64,000 nt of DNA from a virus (IMGVR_UViG_3300038393_003162:84407-148406); one strand, 5' to 3'. Positions 28,579-37,997 are shown, counted from the first letter of the stretch. The notes: generated by a model from the letters alone, not told the origin. Numbers and translations: made by a program.

Positions 28579-28923
28579 TTAAGCGACGTGTGAGAGCCTC
28601 AGCAGTTGGTATTTTCGAAAATGACGACGTTGCTCGCCGTAGACTGGCTCTGTAGCCAGGGCGGTGGCGATGTGACCGATATCGGGTTCGCGGAAGAGTT
28701 TGGTGCGGATGCCGAGCGATTCGAGGCGTTCCTGCTCGCGGAGCAGTTGGGCTTCGTTCTTGACGCCGCAGGCAATCAGGAAAGGATGGGAGAGGTCGGG
28801 CGGGACGAAATGACGTGCAGCCTCGATGGCGGCATGCCCAGCCTGGACAACGATTTGTCCATAACTCTGGTCTTTACGGACCAAGACGTAAACGTACGGA
28901 TCATGATTCTCAATCTACAACAT
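28579..28923 (-). CDS. Pth2-family peptidyl-tRNA hydrolase with in-frame TAG at codon 3
   Basis: CAGGAG-ttgaaa-ATG TTG TAG ATT GAG AAT CAT GAT CCG TAC GTT TAC GTC TTG GTC CGT AAA GAC; then YVYVLVRKD, QAGHAA, FREPD, TALATEP. Confidence 0.8.
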
Positions 28924-28981
28924 TTTCAACTCCTGAAAAGAAAAACATGAGAGGGATGAATCAATCCCTCTCATAGACTGA

Positions 28982-30058
28982 TCAATTTCCCAACTTTCGC
29001 AACGCAGCGAGACCGTAAAACTTTGACCCCTCACCGAGTAACCGATCTCCCCATCGCATGACGAACCGGTCGTTTTGCCTTGTTACCGGAATATAGGGCG
29101 ACGAAACATACCCATTATAACCGGGGTGTTCTCCGCGAAATCCCATAAGGACCCCATTCACCTTGAAACTTGGTCGGTTGTAGTATCGCTCCCAATCTTC
29201 AAAGTTATAGAGTTTCTCGAATTCACGCCGCTGGACATGGATTCCCATATTCTGCAACTGTGGGACCAATTTATCGCGGTCGAAATCGTCATCGGGATGA
29301 GTTTCGGGAACAAGAGCCCAGAAGAACCCCTTCTCTGATTTATTTATAAGGACCTTCTCGGCAATGGCTTCACGAAGCATTATACAGGCTTCGAGTGGGG
29401 ATGCATTGCGAGATCGGTCGACATACGTGTCAACATTGCTTGCGATATTGAGTGCTGCCCGACTCAGTACGGATTCAGCCAGGTCTTTGGCAAGATCGGC
29501 AGCATAATCCGGTCCTCCAGCAATTACGTTTTCGTACGTTTCTCCATATTTGGTGAAACTTGTCACGATCGATTCTGATTCTTTGGCCCAAATGCTTTTG
29601 CCATCTTCATTGGTCCTATGCCGCCAGTAGTAGATTAACGACAGAGGACTCGTGGATGGATAGACCGGAAGCCATTTCTCAGCAAAAATCATAGCCATGG
29701 CTCGACGTACAACTGCGATTGATATACGTCGCATTCCGGGGTCCATTGCTGTTTGCGTCTCAACCTCGTTGAAAATTCTCTGGTTCTCCAAGACCATCGC
29801 CATGGTCCGACCATCTTCCCTGTCCAATCCATGAAGCATGCCTGTATCTTGCCAACGATCATAGCAACGAATTCGGGCTATCTCATGGAGTCGCTCATCG
29901 AATGTGGACGTAGCGTCCCATACTGATGTGTCGGGACCGGGCAGAAGTGGCAAAACAGAGTCGGTCGTCGAAATTTTTGTTGGGCTAACGCCACCTATTC
30001 CCACTGATCCTATCCATGCTCTTGGATTTAAGAAATTATTACTGTCCATGAAATTCAA
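28982..30058 (-). CDS. Diverged T4 gp23/gp24-like capsid protein paralog
   Basis: LENQ..., ISIAVVRRAM...PVYPSTSPLSLIYYWR and YVSSPYIPV...FVMRWG echo gp23 signature blocks. Confidence 0.6.
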   Translation of the reverse strand: MNFMDSNNFLNPRAWIGSVGIGGVSPTKISTTDSVLPLLPGPDTSVWDATSTFDERLHEIARIRCYDRWQDTGMLHGLDREDGRTMAMVLENQRIFNEVETQTAMDPGMRRISIAVVRRAMAMIFAEKWLPVYPSTSPLSLIYYWRHRTNEDGKSIWAKESESIVTSFTKYGETYENVIAGGPDYAADLAKDLAESVLSRAALNIASNVDTYVDRSRNASPLEACIMLREAIAEKVLINKSEKGFFWALVPETHPDDDFDRDKLVPQLQNMGIHVQRREFEKLYNFEDWERYYNRPSFKVNGVLMGFRGEHPGYNGYVSSPYIPVTRQNDRFVMRWGDRLLGEGSKFYGLAALRKLGN

Positions 30059-30074
30059 TCCTTAAAAATTATAA

Positions 30075-30350
30075 TCATATCAACACTTCCCAACTATCGG
30101 GCTTGATATTGAATTCAAGCTCTGCTTGGGCAAGAGCCTGTTCCAGAGAATCATGATGCGTATCCGTGATCTCATCGCCCGACTCATCATAGTGAACCAA
30201 ATAATACTCGCGATCATCCCAGCTATACCGTTCGATTCTCAATTCATATGGTCTTGGAGCTTCTTCCCCGCCGACAATATGCCGAACCGCACCAGTTGGC
30301 TGATGCTCTGGTCCTAGAACAATACGACGAAAGACCAATCCTTTATCCAT
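30075..30350 (-). CDS. Hypothetical protein
   Basis: DTHHDSLEQALAQAELEF motif; SD GGGGA. Confidence 0.65.
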   Translation of the reverse strand: MDKGLVFRRIVLGPEHQPTGAVRHIVGGEEAPRPYELRIERYSWDDREYYLVHYDESGDEITDTHHDSLEQALAQAELEFNIKPDSWEVLI

Positions 30351-30534
30351 GATATCCCCATTCCTTTTCTACCTTGGCTGTTACATGCCTTACAGAATCA
30401 ACTTCAGTTGTACTGCCGCATTGGAGACAACGTTCTACGACTCCATATTGGGCGTAGAACGTCTCCTTGCAGCAAGCACAATGATATTCCGTGAGATCAA
30501 GCACTTCTAGCTTCTTGCTTTTGTTCTTGCTCAC
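30343..30534 (-). CDS. Small zinc-ribbon protein
   Basis: HCACC...CLQCGS; GTG start with AAGGA SD. Confidence 0.55.
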   Translation of the reverse strand: MSKNKSKKLEVLDLTEYHCACCKETFYAQYGVVERCLQCGSTTEVDSVRHVTAKVEKEWGYHG

Positions 30535-33289
30535 CAATAATTTCCTTTGGTCGAGAACCGTTCCTGCCTGCCATGACGAGGGAGCATCGTGTACAGAGGC
30601 GTTCGGGGTTCTTCTCCACCTCGTACCGATATCGCCAGCACCGCTCGCACTTGGCATACTTAGTTTTCTGGACCTCCACCGAGAACCCATCGGAGACGAC
30701 CGGGTCGGGAATCCAGAAAACATCGGCAACCTTACACAGGTCCCGAATGATCTCCAGATTTTCGACCGCCGTCAAAATATTTTCCTGCTTCGTCCCCAAA
30801 ATGACCCAGACTTCTTCATTGGTCCGGATCACCTTCTCCGATCGTAGCTTTTCGATCTCGGCGAAAATCCGCTCCCTCAACTTAAAGATAGTATCCCATG
30901 GCAATTCCCGGCGCTCGTCGGTGGCAATTGGCTGAGGGAAGGTCTCCAGGAAGATACTCTTGTGGTCCACTCCCAATCCTTTGGACCTGTAAGACCACAA
31001 CTCCTCAGCAGTATGCGGAAGGATTGGTGAGATGAGCCGAGCCAGGGTCTCGTAGATCGTCCTCAATACCCAGCGAACCGAATTTCCCGAGGGCGAATCC
31101 AAGTCGTCCGCGTACAGACGGTCCTTGACCACATCGAAGTAGACACTGCTCAGGTCTACCACGCAAAAATTGTAAACCAGATGATAAACGTGATAGAAAC
31201 GATAGGAATCGTACGCTTTCTTGACCTCACCAATCAAGTCGTTGAGCCGAGTCAACATGTGGAAATCGATCTGGCTGGTGATCTCCGGACGGGAATCGGT
31301 ATTCTTCCACGCCCTATCCATGTTCCCGAGGATGAAGCGGAAGGTATTGCGGATCTTCCGATAGACATCCTGAGCGGTCGTCAGCAACTTGTCGTCGACC
31401 CGCAAGTCATCGGTGTAATCCTGGGATGCGATAAACAGCCGAATGACATCGGCACCGAATTTGCCCAAGGTCTCGATGACCGGAGGAGCTCCCTTGGACT
31501 TGCTGAACTTCTTGCCCGACTCGTCCACGACCCAGCCATGCGTGATGACCGTATCGAATGGTGCCCTGTTGTTCAGAGCCGTTCCCAAGAGCAGGGACGA
31601 CTGGAACCAGCCTCGATGCTGGTCGCTCCCCTCGATGTAAATGACCTTCTCAGCCCCCGAAGGGACCACAGAGGCGAAGCTTGAGCCGGACTCGAACCAG
31701 ACATCCAAGATGTCGGCATCGGCGCTGATGTCATCCTTTTCGCAATTCGGACACCAGCAGTGATTCTTGGTCTCGATGTCACGCCACCAGTCGTCGCCTT
31801 CCTCGATGGCAACCCGGATCACCTCTTTGGTCAAGAAGGATTGATTGCAGTTGTGGCAGTGGAACGCAGGGATCTTGATGCCCCAATGCCGCTGGCGGCT
31901 GATGCACCAGTTGGGTCGAGACTCGACCATACCCTCGATGCGGTTCTGGAGGTTCTCCGGAATCCACGTAGTCTCGGAGATCGCCTTGAGGGCTTTTGTC
32001 CTCAAGGCGTTCTTGTCCAGATCTACGAACCATTGGGGCGTAGCACGGGTGATTGTGGGATAGTGACATCGCCAGCAGTGAGGATAGGAATGAGTGATTC
32101 GTTCCTGATGCCAGAGACATCGACCCAGCATGGACGACAATGCCTTCAGGGTCTCCTTCTTCTTGACATGTTGTCCGTGGATCTCGGGACAACAGCGGAT
32201 GTTGTACTTACCGGCTTCATCGACCTTGTCCAGGATCGTCAGTCCGAGTTCGATCGCGAGCTTGTAGTCGTCGAGTCCGTGTGCCGGGGCGATGTGGACC
32301 ACGCCAGTACCGACTCCCTGCGTCACGAAATCGGCACCGACCACTTTTCGGGAATCAACCAGGAACCGGAACGGCATCGGAGCTAAGTAGGACTTCCCGA
32401 CCAACTCAGACCCAAGGCATTCACCGAGAATCTCGTGGTCGGCAACATCCATCAGTTCCAGCAGGTTGGCAACGGCAGATTCCTCAACTACAAATACGTC
32501 CCGGTGCGTTGGTCGCTGGCACTTGAGCATCTTGACGCAGACGTATTTGAGATCGGGATTAACTGCAAGCGCCACATTCCCCGGCAACGTCCATGGTGTC
32601 GTGGTCCATGCAACGAAAGAGAAAGGAGAAGAGACGCCCGAAAGATACCCGATAGCAGGGAATTCAACATAGAACGCATCGCTCTCAACGTCCTTATATT
32701 CGAGTTCTGCCTCTGCCAACGCCGTCTCATCATGAGGACACCAAGCGATGGGGCGTAGCTCCCGTTTGATCTGGTCCTTATCGACCAAGCGAGAGAGTAT
32801 CTCAAGCACCTTCCGCTTGTAACTCTCGTCCATCGTCAGATAGGGATGGGACCAATCCGCCAAGAGACCAAGCCGCTGAAATTGCTTAGCTTGAGATTTC
32901 TGACACTGCCCAGCCGTCACCCGGCAAGCTTTTCTGACAGTCAGTAGATTTTCTTGAGTGCCAAAATATTCCATGACACGGTGTTCGATCGGCAATCCGT
33001 GGCAGTCCCAGCCGGGCACAAAAGGGGCATCGCATCCCGAGAGCGTGAGATAACGGACAAGGATATCCTTCAACACCTTGTTGAACATGTGACCGAAGTG
33101 GATGTCGCCGTTGGCGTAGGGAGGACCGTCGTGGACGACTACGAGCGGCTTGTCCTTGCGGATTTCCCGGAGAGTCTCATAAAGCCCGTGCCATTTCGCC
33201 TGAATTTCAGGTTCGATGGCATCAAGATCAGGCTTCATGGGGTAGTCGGTCTTGGGAAGAAGCAACGTCTCCTTGTAGTTGACAGTCAT
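30497..33289 (-). CDS. ileS: Isoleucine--tRNA ligase (bacterial type 1)
   Basis: HDGPPYANGDIHFGH, GWDCHGLPIE, WTTTPWTLPGN, WCISRQR, EGSDQHRGWFQSS, KFSKS, C-terminal KCERCW...LCTRC. Confidence 0.97.
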   Translation of the reverse strand: MTVNYKETLLLPKTDYPMKPDLDAIEPEIQAKWHGLYETLREIRKDKPLVVVHDGPPYANGDIHFGHMFNKVLKDILVRYLTLSGCDAPFVPGWDCHGLPIEHRVMEYFGTQENLLTVRKACRVTAGQCQKSQAKQFQRLGLLADWSHPYLTMDESYKRKVLEILSRLVDKDQIKRELRPIAWCPHDETALAEAELEYKDVESDAFYVEFPAIGYLSGVSSPFSFVAWTTTPWTLPGNVALAVNPDLKYVCVKMLKCQRPTHRDVFVVEESAVANLLELMDVADHEILGECLGSELVGKSYLAPMPFRFLVDSRKVVGADFVTQGVGTGVVHIAPAHGLDDYKLAIELGLTILDKVDEAGKYNIRCCPEIHGQHVKKKETLKALSSMLGRCLWHQERITHSYPHCWRCHYPTITRATPQWFVDLDKNALRTKALKAISETTWIPENLQNRIEGMVESRPNWCISRQRHWGIKIPAFHCHNCNQSFLTKEVIRVAIEEGDDWWRDIETKNHCWCPNCEKDDISADADILDVWFESGSSFASVVPSGAEKVIYIEGSDQHRGWFQSSLLLGTALNNRAPFDTVITHGWVVDESGKKFSKSKGAPPVIETLGKFGADVIRLFIASQDYTDDLRVDDKLLTTAQDVYRKIRNTFRFILGNMDRAWKNTDSRPEITSQIDFHMLTRLNDLIGEVKKAYDSYRFYHVYHLVYNFCVVDLSSVYFDVVKDRLYADDLDSPSGNSVRWVLRTIYETLARLISPILPHTAEELWSYRSKGLGVDHKSIFLETFPQPIATDERRELPWDTIFKLRERIFAEIEKLRSEKVIRTNEEVWVILGTKQENILTAVENLEIIRDLCKVADVFWIPDPVVSDGFSVEVQKTKYAKCERCWRYRYEVEKNPERLCTRCSLVMAGRNGSRPKEIIGEQEQKQEARSA

Positions 33290-33690
33290 GTTTTCCTTAC
33301 TTCAAAAAAATTGTGGATAAGAGGGAGGAGTCGTTCCTCCGCAATATCGGTCTGGTACTGCTCGGCAATGGCGTCTTTAACGGCAACGAGCAGTTGCGTA
33401 AAAAGAACCTGTCGTCTTGACTCCACTCTCTGTTTCAAATGGTCAAGAGTAGATCGCAGACAGGGATGTTCGTTAGACAATGCTTCTGTTGAAAGCGGAA
33501 ATAATGATTTGTAGATATCGTTAAGTTCTGATTCACCATGGGAAATATCCCGCTCAAGATCTCGCAGAGATCGCACGCTAGCTTGGTAGCGATCAACCTT
33601 CCTGAGTAACGGCGTAATGTGCTTAACAACAATGGTGGACTTAAATCCCCTGATTAAATTCAGGGTTTCTTGGTCGATAGGTTGTATCAC
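33286..33690 (-). CDS. Hypothetical protein
   Basis: 134 aa, coupled to ileS. Confidence 0.6.
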   Translation of the reverse strand: MIQPIDQETLNLIRGFKSTIVVKHITPLLRKVDRYQASVRSLRDLERDISHGESELNDIYKSLFPLSTEALSNEHPCLRSTLDHLKQRVESRRQVLFTQLLVAVKDAIAEQYQTDIAEERLLPLIHNFFEVRKT

Positions 33691-33743
33691 GATTCATCCT
33701 TACTGCGTAGAACATCGAGACTGGAAGACCTATGATGAATGAG

Positions 33744-33816
33744 TACGGACAGTGGGATTCGAACCCACAACAGCAGGTACTAGAAGCCTGCGCTCTTCCA
33801 TTTGAGCTATGTCCGC
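33744..33816 (-). tRNA. tRNA with anticodon CUA (amber suppressor-type); CCA not encoded
   Basis: GCGGACA-TA-GCTC-AAATGGAA-GAGC-G-CAGGC-TTCTAGT-ACCTG-CTGTT-GTGGG-TTCGAAT-CCCAC-TGTCCGT-A; standard numbering from both arms puts CTA at 34-36 with U33 and purine 37. Confidence 0.88.
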
Positions 33817-33852
33817 ATCTGTTTCTTACCCGGCTCAGACTTTGCCTAATAA

Positions 33853-34134
33853 TTACTGAGGCGGGTCCATTTCAGCATTCCTGGAGTGGTAGAAAACGGT
33901 CAAGTACGTCATCAAAGAGAAAAGAGTGATCAATACCGACAGATACATGATGAATACCACGAGGATCTTGCTTTGTCCTGGAAATCGCTCAACAAGTCCG
34001 ATCAAGGACAAATGACGCCCGATGCCAGCATCAGAAACAACCCCGACGTAAGCAGCAAGAGCGTTGAAGACATAAAACCCTATCCACATCGTCCACTTGG
34101 TCTCACGGAGAAATTTTCGCGTCTTATCATTCAT
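33853..34134 (-). CDS. Small membrane protein (2 TM)
   Basis: Two hydrophobic stretches; SD AAGGAG. Confidence 0.7.
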   Translation of the reverse strand: MNDKTRKFLRETKWTMWIGFYVFNALAAYVGVVSDAGIGRHLSLIGLVERFPGQSKILVVFIMYLSVLITLFSLMTYLTVFYHSRNAEMDPPQ

Positions 34135-34140
34135 GGTCAG

Positions 34141-34335
34141 TCTCCTTCAGATTCGGCGATTAAGATTTACCTGACCGCCCTACCATCAGCCAGTCTTGAC
34201 GCTCGCACAATGTAGGGCGGTCAGGTTCCCCGCCGCTAGCGACGACGGGTGAGGGGGAGTGTAAAAGCCCTCAGCCGACCTACGATCCCAGAGTGTCCCA
34301 GATACTCCGGAAGAGATCGACTGAGGAAAACCCGC
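34141..34335 (-). ncRNA. Candidate structured intergenic RNA or long 5' leader
   Basis: Perfect 15-bp stem 34169-34183/34212-34226, 11-bp stem 34269-34279/34316-34326, small hairpin 34231-34244; mismatches read as G-U only on the minus strand. Confidence 0.6.
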
Positions 34336-34339
34336 CATG

Positions 34340-35284
34340 TTACGACGGGCTTTGTGCCGGCATTGGCTCCTTCATACCAAGGATTTCCTTGGCGGCATCG
34401 AGCCGGGGATTGTCGGACGGCAACGCATTCTGAGCGAAGACGAAGCCAGACCAGGACAGGTCGGGACTGAAGACGTCGAAGAGGTGCCGCAACTGTCCCT
34501 TGTTCTTGGCGTAAGTCCGGAACCGCTTCAGGAAACCCTTGGCGTCCTTGACCTTGATGTTCTCCGTATCCTCTTCCAGCAGGATCGCCCGCTCTTCAGG
34601 AGTGAAGGGACCGAACGTCGTCATCTTCGTGACGCTGGAAGCCAGGATCACAGACAGCAGCTTGGTCGCCGCCGCCCGCTGTTCCTCTGTGGCAGGAGTC
34701 CAGACATTGTCAATGTAGGAACCGTTGAAGAGGGAATTCAGTTGCCGGATCGATACCCCCTTCTCGATCTGGACTTCGGTGTCGAGGATGGCATTGGCGA
34801 CATCTTCACCAATCGCGTTCTTGCCCGTGGTCAACGCCTCAACGAGGTACTCTCGGATGCCCTTGCCGGGTTCGCGATCTTTGACGGGCGGCAGGCTCTT
34901 GGTGGGACGAAAAATCGCCTTCACCGTGAAAATCGCCCGGTTGTTGACCACCGTCTGGTCAGCATCCAGGTAGGTGACTACCTCGGGGTTCTCAGGCAAT
35001 TGCTTGGACGACCAATAGAGATCGACATATTTCTGGAGGAGGATATCCTTCAGAAAAACATCTTCCGTGTCCTCTGCCGTCTCGCTGATCTTCCGGATTT
35101 CCCTCGCCTGGACGAGATGGTTGAAGTGATCAACTTCGGTCTCACTCAATGCGAGAATCACGCGGGGGGCTTTCGCGGCGGCTTCCTTGGCGGAAGGAGT
35201 CGCTGAAGCCGCTGCCGCTGCCAGCAAGTCGCTGGGGGACAAAGCCACCGGTTCCGCCTTCACTTTCGCCGCTTGTTTTGCCAT
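34340..35284 (-). CDS. Hypothetical protein (likely early gene)
   Basis: 314 aa with strong codon bias and a near-consensus promoter. Confidence 0.75.
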   Translation of the reverse strand: MAKQAAKVKAEPVALSPSDLLAAAAASATPSAKEAAAKAPRVILALSETEVDHFNHLVQAREIRKISETAEDTEDVFLKDILLQKYVDLYWSSKQLPENPEVVTYLDADQTVVNNRAIFTVKAIFRPTKSLPPVKDREPGKGIREYLVEALTTGKNAIGEDVANAILDTEVQIEKGVSIRQLNSLFNGSYIDNVWTPATEEQRAAATKLLSVILASSVTKMTTFGPFTPEERAILLEEDTENIKVKDAKGFLKRFRTYAKNKGQLRHLFDVFSPDLSWSGFVFAQNALPSDNPRLDAAKEILGMKEPMPAQSPS

Positions 35285-35343
35285 GAGCCACCCCTCTTAA
35301 CTGATGTACGCTACGATGTTCGGAGCCACACTTGACAGGAATC

Positions 35344-35372
35344 ATTGTACCGTGAACGATTTAGATTGTAAA
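35344..35372 (-). promoter_or_regulatory. Sigma70-type promoter TTTACA-17-TACAAT
   Basis: Exact spacing upstream of ATG 35284. Confidence 0.7.
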
Positions 35373-35426
35373 CTAAATTTTACTTAGTGTACTGAAGTAC
35401 ACTTAATCCTGTGGCTTTGAATTCCA

Positions 35427-35645
35427 TTAGAGCTTCTCGAAATAGTGGCTGAACCCATCGGCATCGATGGTGAAAGTCGATCGGGGCAGCTTGACTTCAA
35501 CTCGCGGAATCAGCATTGCCGGGGGATATCCATATTTGGTGAGATCGACGCAAAGAGTGTGATAGCGATTTTCTGGGTATTGTTCGAAGTAGATTCTCGT
35601 CACTTGCCCCAATTCGCCAGTGAACTTATGCCGCACCGTGGTCAC
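35427..35645 (-). CDS. Hypothetical protein
   Basis: 72 aa. Confidence 0.55.
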   Translation of the reverse strand: MTTVRHKFTGELGQVTRIYFEQYPENRYHTLCVDLTKYGYPPAMLIPRVEVKLPRSTFTIDADGFSHYFEKL

Positions 35646-35717
35646 AGATGAAACTCCATTAGGTATTGGAGCAGAAAAGCGTCAAACGCCACTAGGGCAT
35701 GGAGTAAGAGGTAGATA

Positions 35718-36416
35718 TCAGTCTTGGATCGTGAAGCGTTCTTTGCCGGGAATGCCTCGGTCCTCCCAAGTCACCTTCTTCAGTCGGTCTCGTTCGTCGC
35801 CTGGAGGCACAAGATAGACCTTGCCCATCATCCACCAGCCCCACATGATACCCCATGCCTTGCCGCTGATGACGAGAGATCGGTTGAATATCAGGTCGCT
35901 GATCTGCTCGACATCCATCAGTTCGGCATGAATGGACTCCGACGGCTCGCAGAGATCGTGTGAAATCTCACCCTCTGCTTCTGCGAAGACCATCTCGACG
36001 CACTCGTCAGATAGCCCAGCCGACGAAACCAAAGGAGGGGTGGTCGCCTCTGTATAGACGCCGGTCGCGTACAGCCCGCTCTCTTCGCGGAGTTCCCGGA
36101 CCGCAGCCGCAACCCGACTCTCGCCTGGTTCGCACAGCCCAGCCGGAAAGCCGTATTCGCGACGTGCGAGAGGAACGCGGAACTCATCAGTGACCAGGAC
36201 TTGCTCGTCCACCTTCGCCACGATCACGACTGCATTGACGACGAGATCACCCGGCGACTCGTTGCGACTGGCGTAGGTCCAGACGCCGTGATGGTCCTTG
36301 TGGGTGAATTCACGGGCGATCATGTGCAAGCCATGCTTCAGCGGCTTGCCATCTGGACCGAGAAGGTCTCGGAAGTCGAAGACCTTCTCGGTCTTGACGA
36401 TTGTCGGCTCACTCAT
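35718..36416 (-). CDS. Nudix hydrolase, ADP-ribose pyrophosphatase-like
   Basis: Nudix box GLCEPGESRVAAAVRELREESG; EFRVPL and SSAGLSDE resemble ADPRases. Confidence 0.85.
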   Translation of the reverse strand: MSEPTIVKTEKVFDFRDLLGPDGKPLKHGLHMIAREFTHKDHHGVWTYASRNESPGDLVVNAVVIVAKVDEQVLVTDEFRVPLARREYGFPAGLCEPGESRVAAAVRELREESGLYATGVYTEATTPPLVSSAGLSDECVEMVFAEAEGEISHDLCEPSESIHAELMDVEQISDLIFNRSLVISGKAWGIMWGWWMMGKVYLVPPGDERDRLKKVTWEDRGIPGKERFTIQD

Positions 36417-36417
36417 T

Positions 36418-36777
36418 TCAAGACCCCATCACAAGTTCGATCACCGTAACGCCGCCCGCCTTGGAAATCGCTTTGTATCCTTCGAAGAAAATATGGTGCT
36501 TGTCGCCCGTTCGCTTGATCAACTCGTTGGCGATCACGCACAGGTCGAGCCAGGTCGGACTCTCGATCACCTGGCTCTTCCATTCGGTCTCGGACCAAGC
36601 ATCAATTGAACGATACACCTGGACCGGACCCTGGATCGGGACTTCATCCAGATTATCAATCGGGATGTCATTCTTATCGTTCTTGTAAGCCGAATACTCG
36701 ACCAGGCAGGGTTCCTTGCCTACTTTCCGAGCAATCCTATCCTGAATCGCATTCAGCGCAATGATGTACTTTTTCAT
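36418..36777 (-). CDS. Hypothetical protein
   Basis: 119 aa. Confidence 0.65.
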   Translation of the reverse strand: MKKYIIALNAIQDRIARKVGKEPCLVEYSAYKNDKNDIPIDNLDEVPIQGPVQVYRSIDAWSETEWKSQVIESPTWLDLCVIANELIKRTGDKHHIFFEGYKAISKAGGVTVIELVMGS

Positions 36778-36855
36778 GATGGTTCGTCCAAATGAACCTC
36801 GAATCGCCTCTTGATACTATACATCATCTAATCCTTCCTTGTAAACTAGAAATTA

Positions 36856-37950
36856 TCAGCCGTACAGGATTTTAACTATCGCCTCGTCGCTCTGCCGCCA
36901 CGCGAATTTCAGCGACTCCTCGGTTTGCTGATCCTTTTGATCCTTGCGAAGATTGAACAAAATACCAGTGAACTTGGTCCTGGACAGGATGCTGAGGGCA
37001 AATTCCTTCTGGTTTTCGATCTGCCAGCAATCTTTCCAGACTGCCAGTAGATTCTCGAATTCGACATCGAGCCGGTCACGGACTGTCTCGATTGCCTCCT
37101 TGACTTCGGGAAAGATTGCCACCACCTCATCAACCTCACCAGCCAAGACCAAGGGAACCAGCCTCTTGGGATTGAAAATGTTCCCATTGTCATGTAAATG
37201 ATGCATCGCGATATAGCTGCGTGATTTCACCTTGACTCTTAAATTATTGCTATCTCGAAGAACAACGCCTTCGTAGGTTGGGTCGGTCTCTTCCTTCTCG
37301 CACAAGAATTTTGTGATCTCTTCTCGCGACTGGAATTCAAAGATCTCCGGACGAGGGACTCCGAGGTTAGCAGCGACCCCATCCACGAACTCGGGAGAGA
37401 ACTCGTCCACTCCATGGAAGACCGACAGCAGGAACACCTTGGATTCGGGATATTGCCGAACCACCTTGTTGAAAGGGGTGCATAACTCGAAGATGTAAGA
37501 ATACGACTCGAACAAAAGGTCTTGGTCGATATTCGCGGTTCCCCAGAACAACTCACGCCAGGTCTTGTCGGAAAACTGGACTTCCCCTAGACCAAAGCTG
37601 CCCGACGTGTTGACGTGCCACTCGCCATCATAGTGGTACACAATGATTAAGCTTCCGTCTTCCTTCGAAGTGCAAGAGAAGTCGGTCCAGTCAAATGCTT
37701 GGGTCTCTTCGAGATTCTCGCCGAGGTTGAAAAATCTCAAAAAGGGCTTCGAAATTAATTTCCAGCTATCCTTCTCCAGGACGATGCCACGGCACTCTTT
37801 CACGATCGGGTCATTTTTTGGGCTATCAATTTGATTGTATTTGAAGCCGACCAGGGGAAGAGACGGGTGGTGATAGACGTTGATTCCGAATTGTTTTTTC
37901 AGAGATTCTAAGCTATTTCCGGCGCGTAACCATTCCTGTAAGTGGAGCAT
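36856..37950 (-). CDS. T4 Rnl1-like RNA ligase
   Basis: FKYNQIDS...ECRGIVLE, motif I KEDGSL, EGVV, KVKS. Confidence 0.85.
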   Translation of the reverse strand: MLHLQEWLRAGNSLESLKKQFGINVYHHPSLPLVGFKYNQIDSPKNDPIVKECRGIVLEKDSWKLISKPFLRFFNLGENLEETQAFDWTDFSCTSKEDGSLIIVYHYDGEWHVNTSGSFGLGEVQFSDKTWRELFWGTANIDQDLLFESYSYIFELCTPFNKVVRQYPESKVFLLSVFHGVDEFSPEFVDGVAANLGVPRPEIFEFQSREEITKFLCEKEETDPTYEGVVLRDSNNLRVKVKSRSYIAMHHLHDNGNIFNPKRLVPLVLAGEVDEVVAIFPEVKEAIETVRDRLDVEFENLLAVWKDCWQIENQKEFALSILSRTKFTGILFNLRKDQKDQQTEESLKFAWRQSDEAIVKILYG

Positions 37951-37997
37951 CCTGCTCCCTCCTTTATCGCATCCTGCGATAGATATTTAATTATCTG

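Noticed and set aside
33744-33816. tRNA-Arg(UCU) or tRNA-Pyl reading of the tRNA
   Set aside because: Centring TCT in the loop destroys the anticodon stem. The 5-bp anticodon stem, 5-nt variable loop and canonical D/T loops do not fit tRNA-Pyl, and no pyl genes are present.
34141-34335. T-box riboswitch for ileS
   Set aside because: No T-box antiterminator consensus or specifier stem visible, and three other genes lie between it and ileS.
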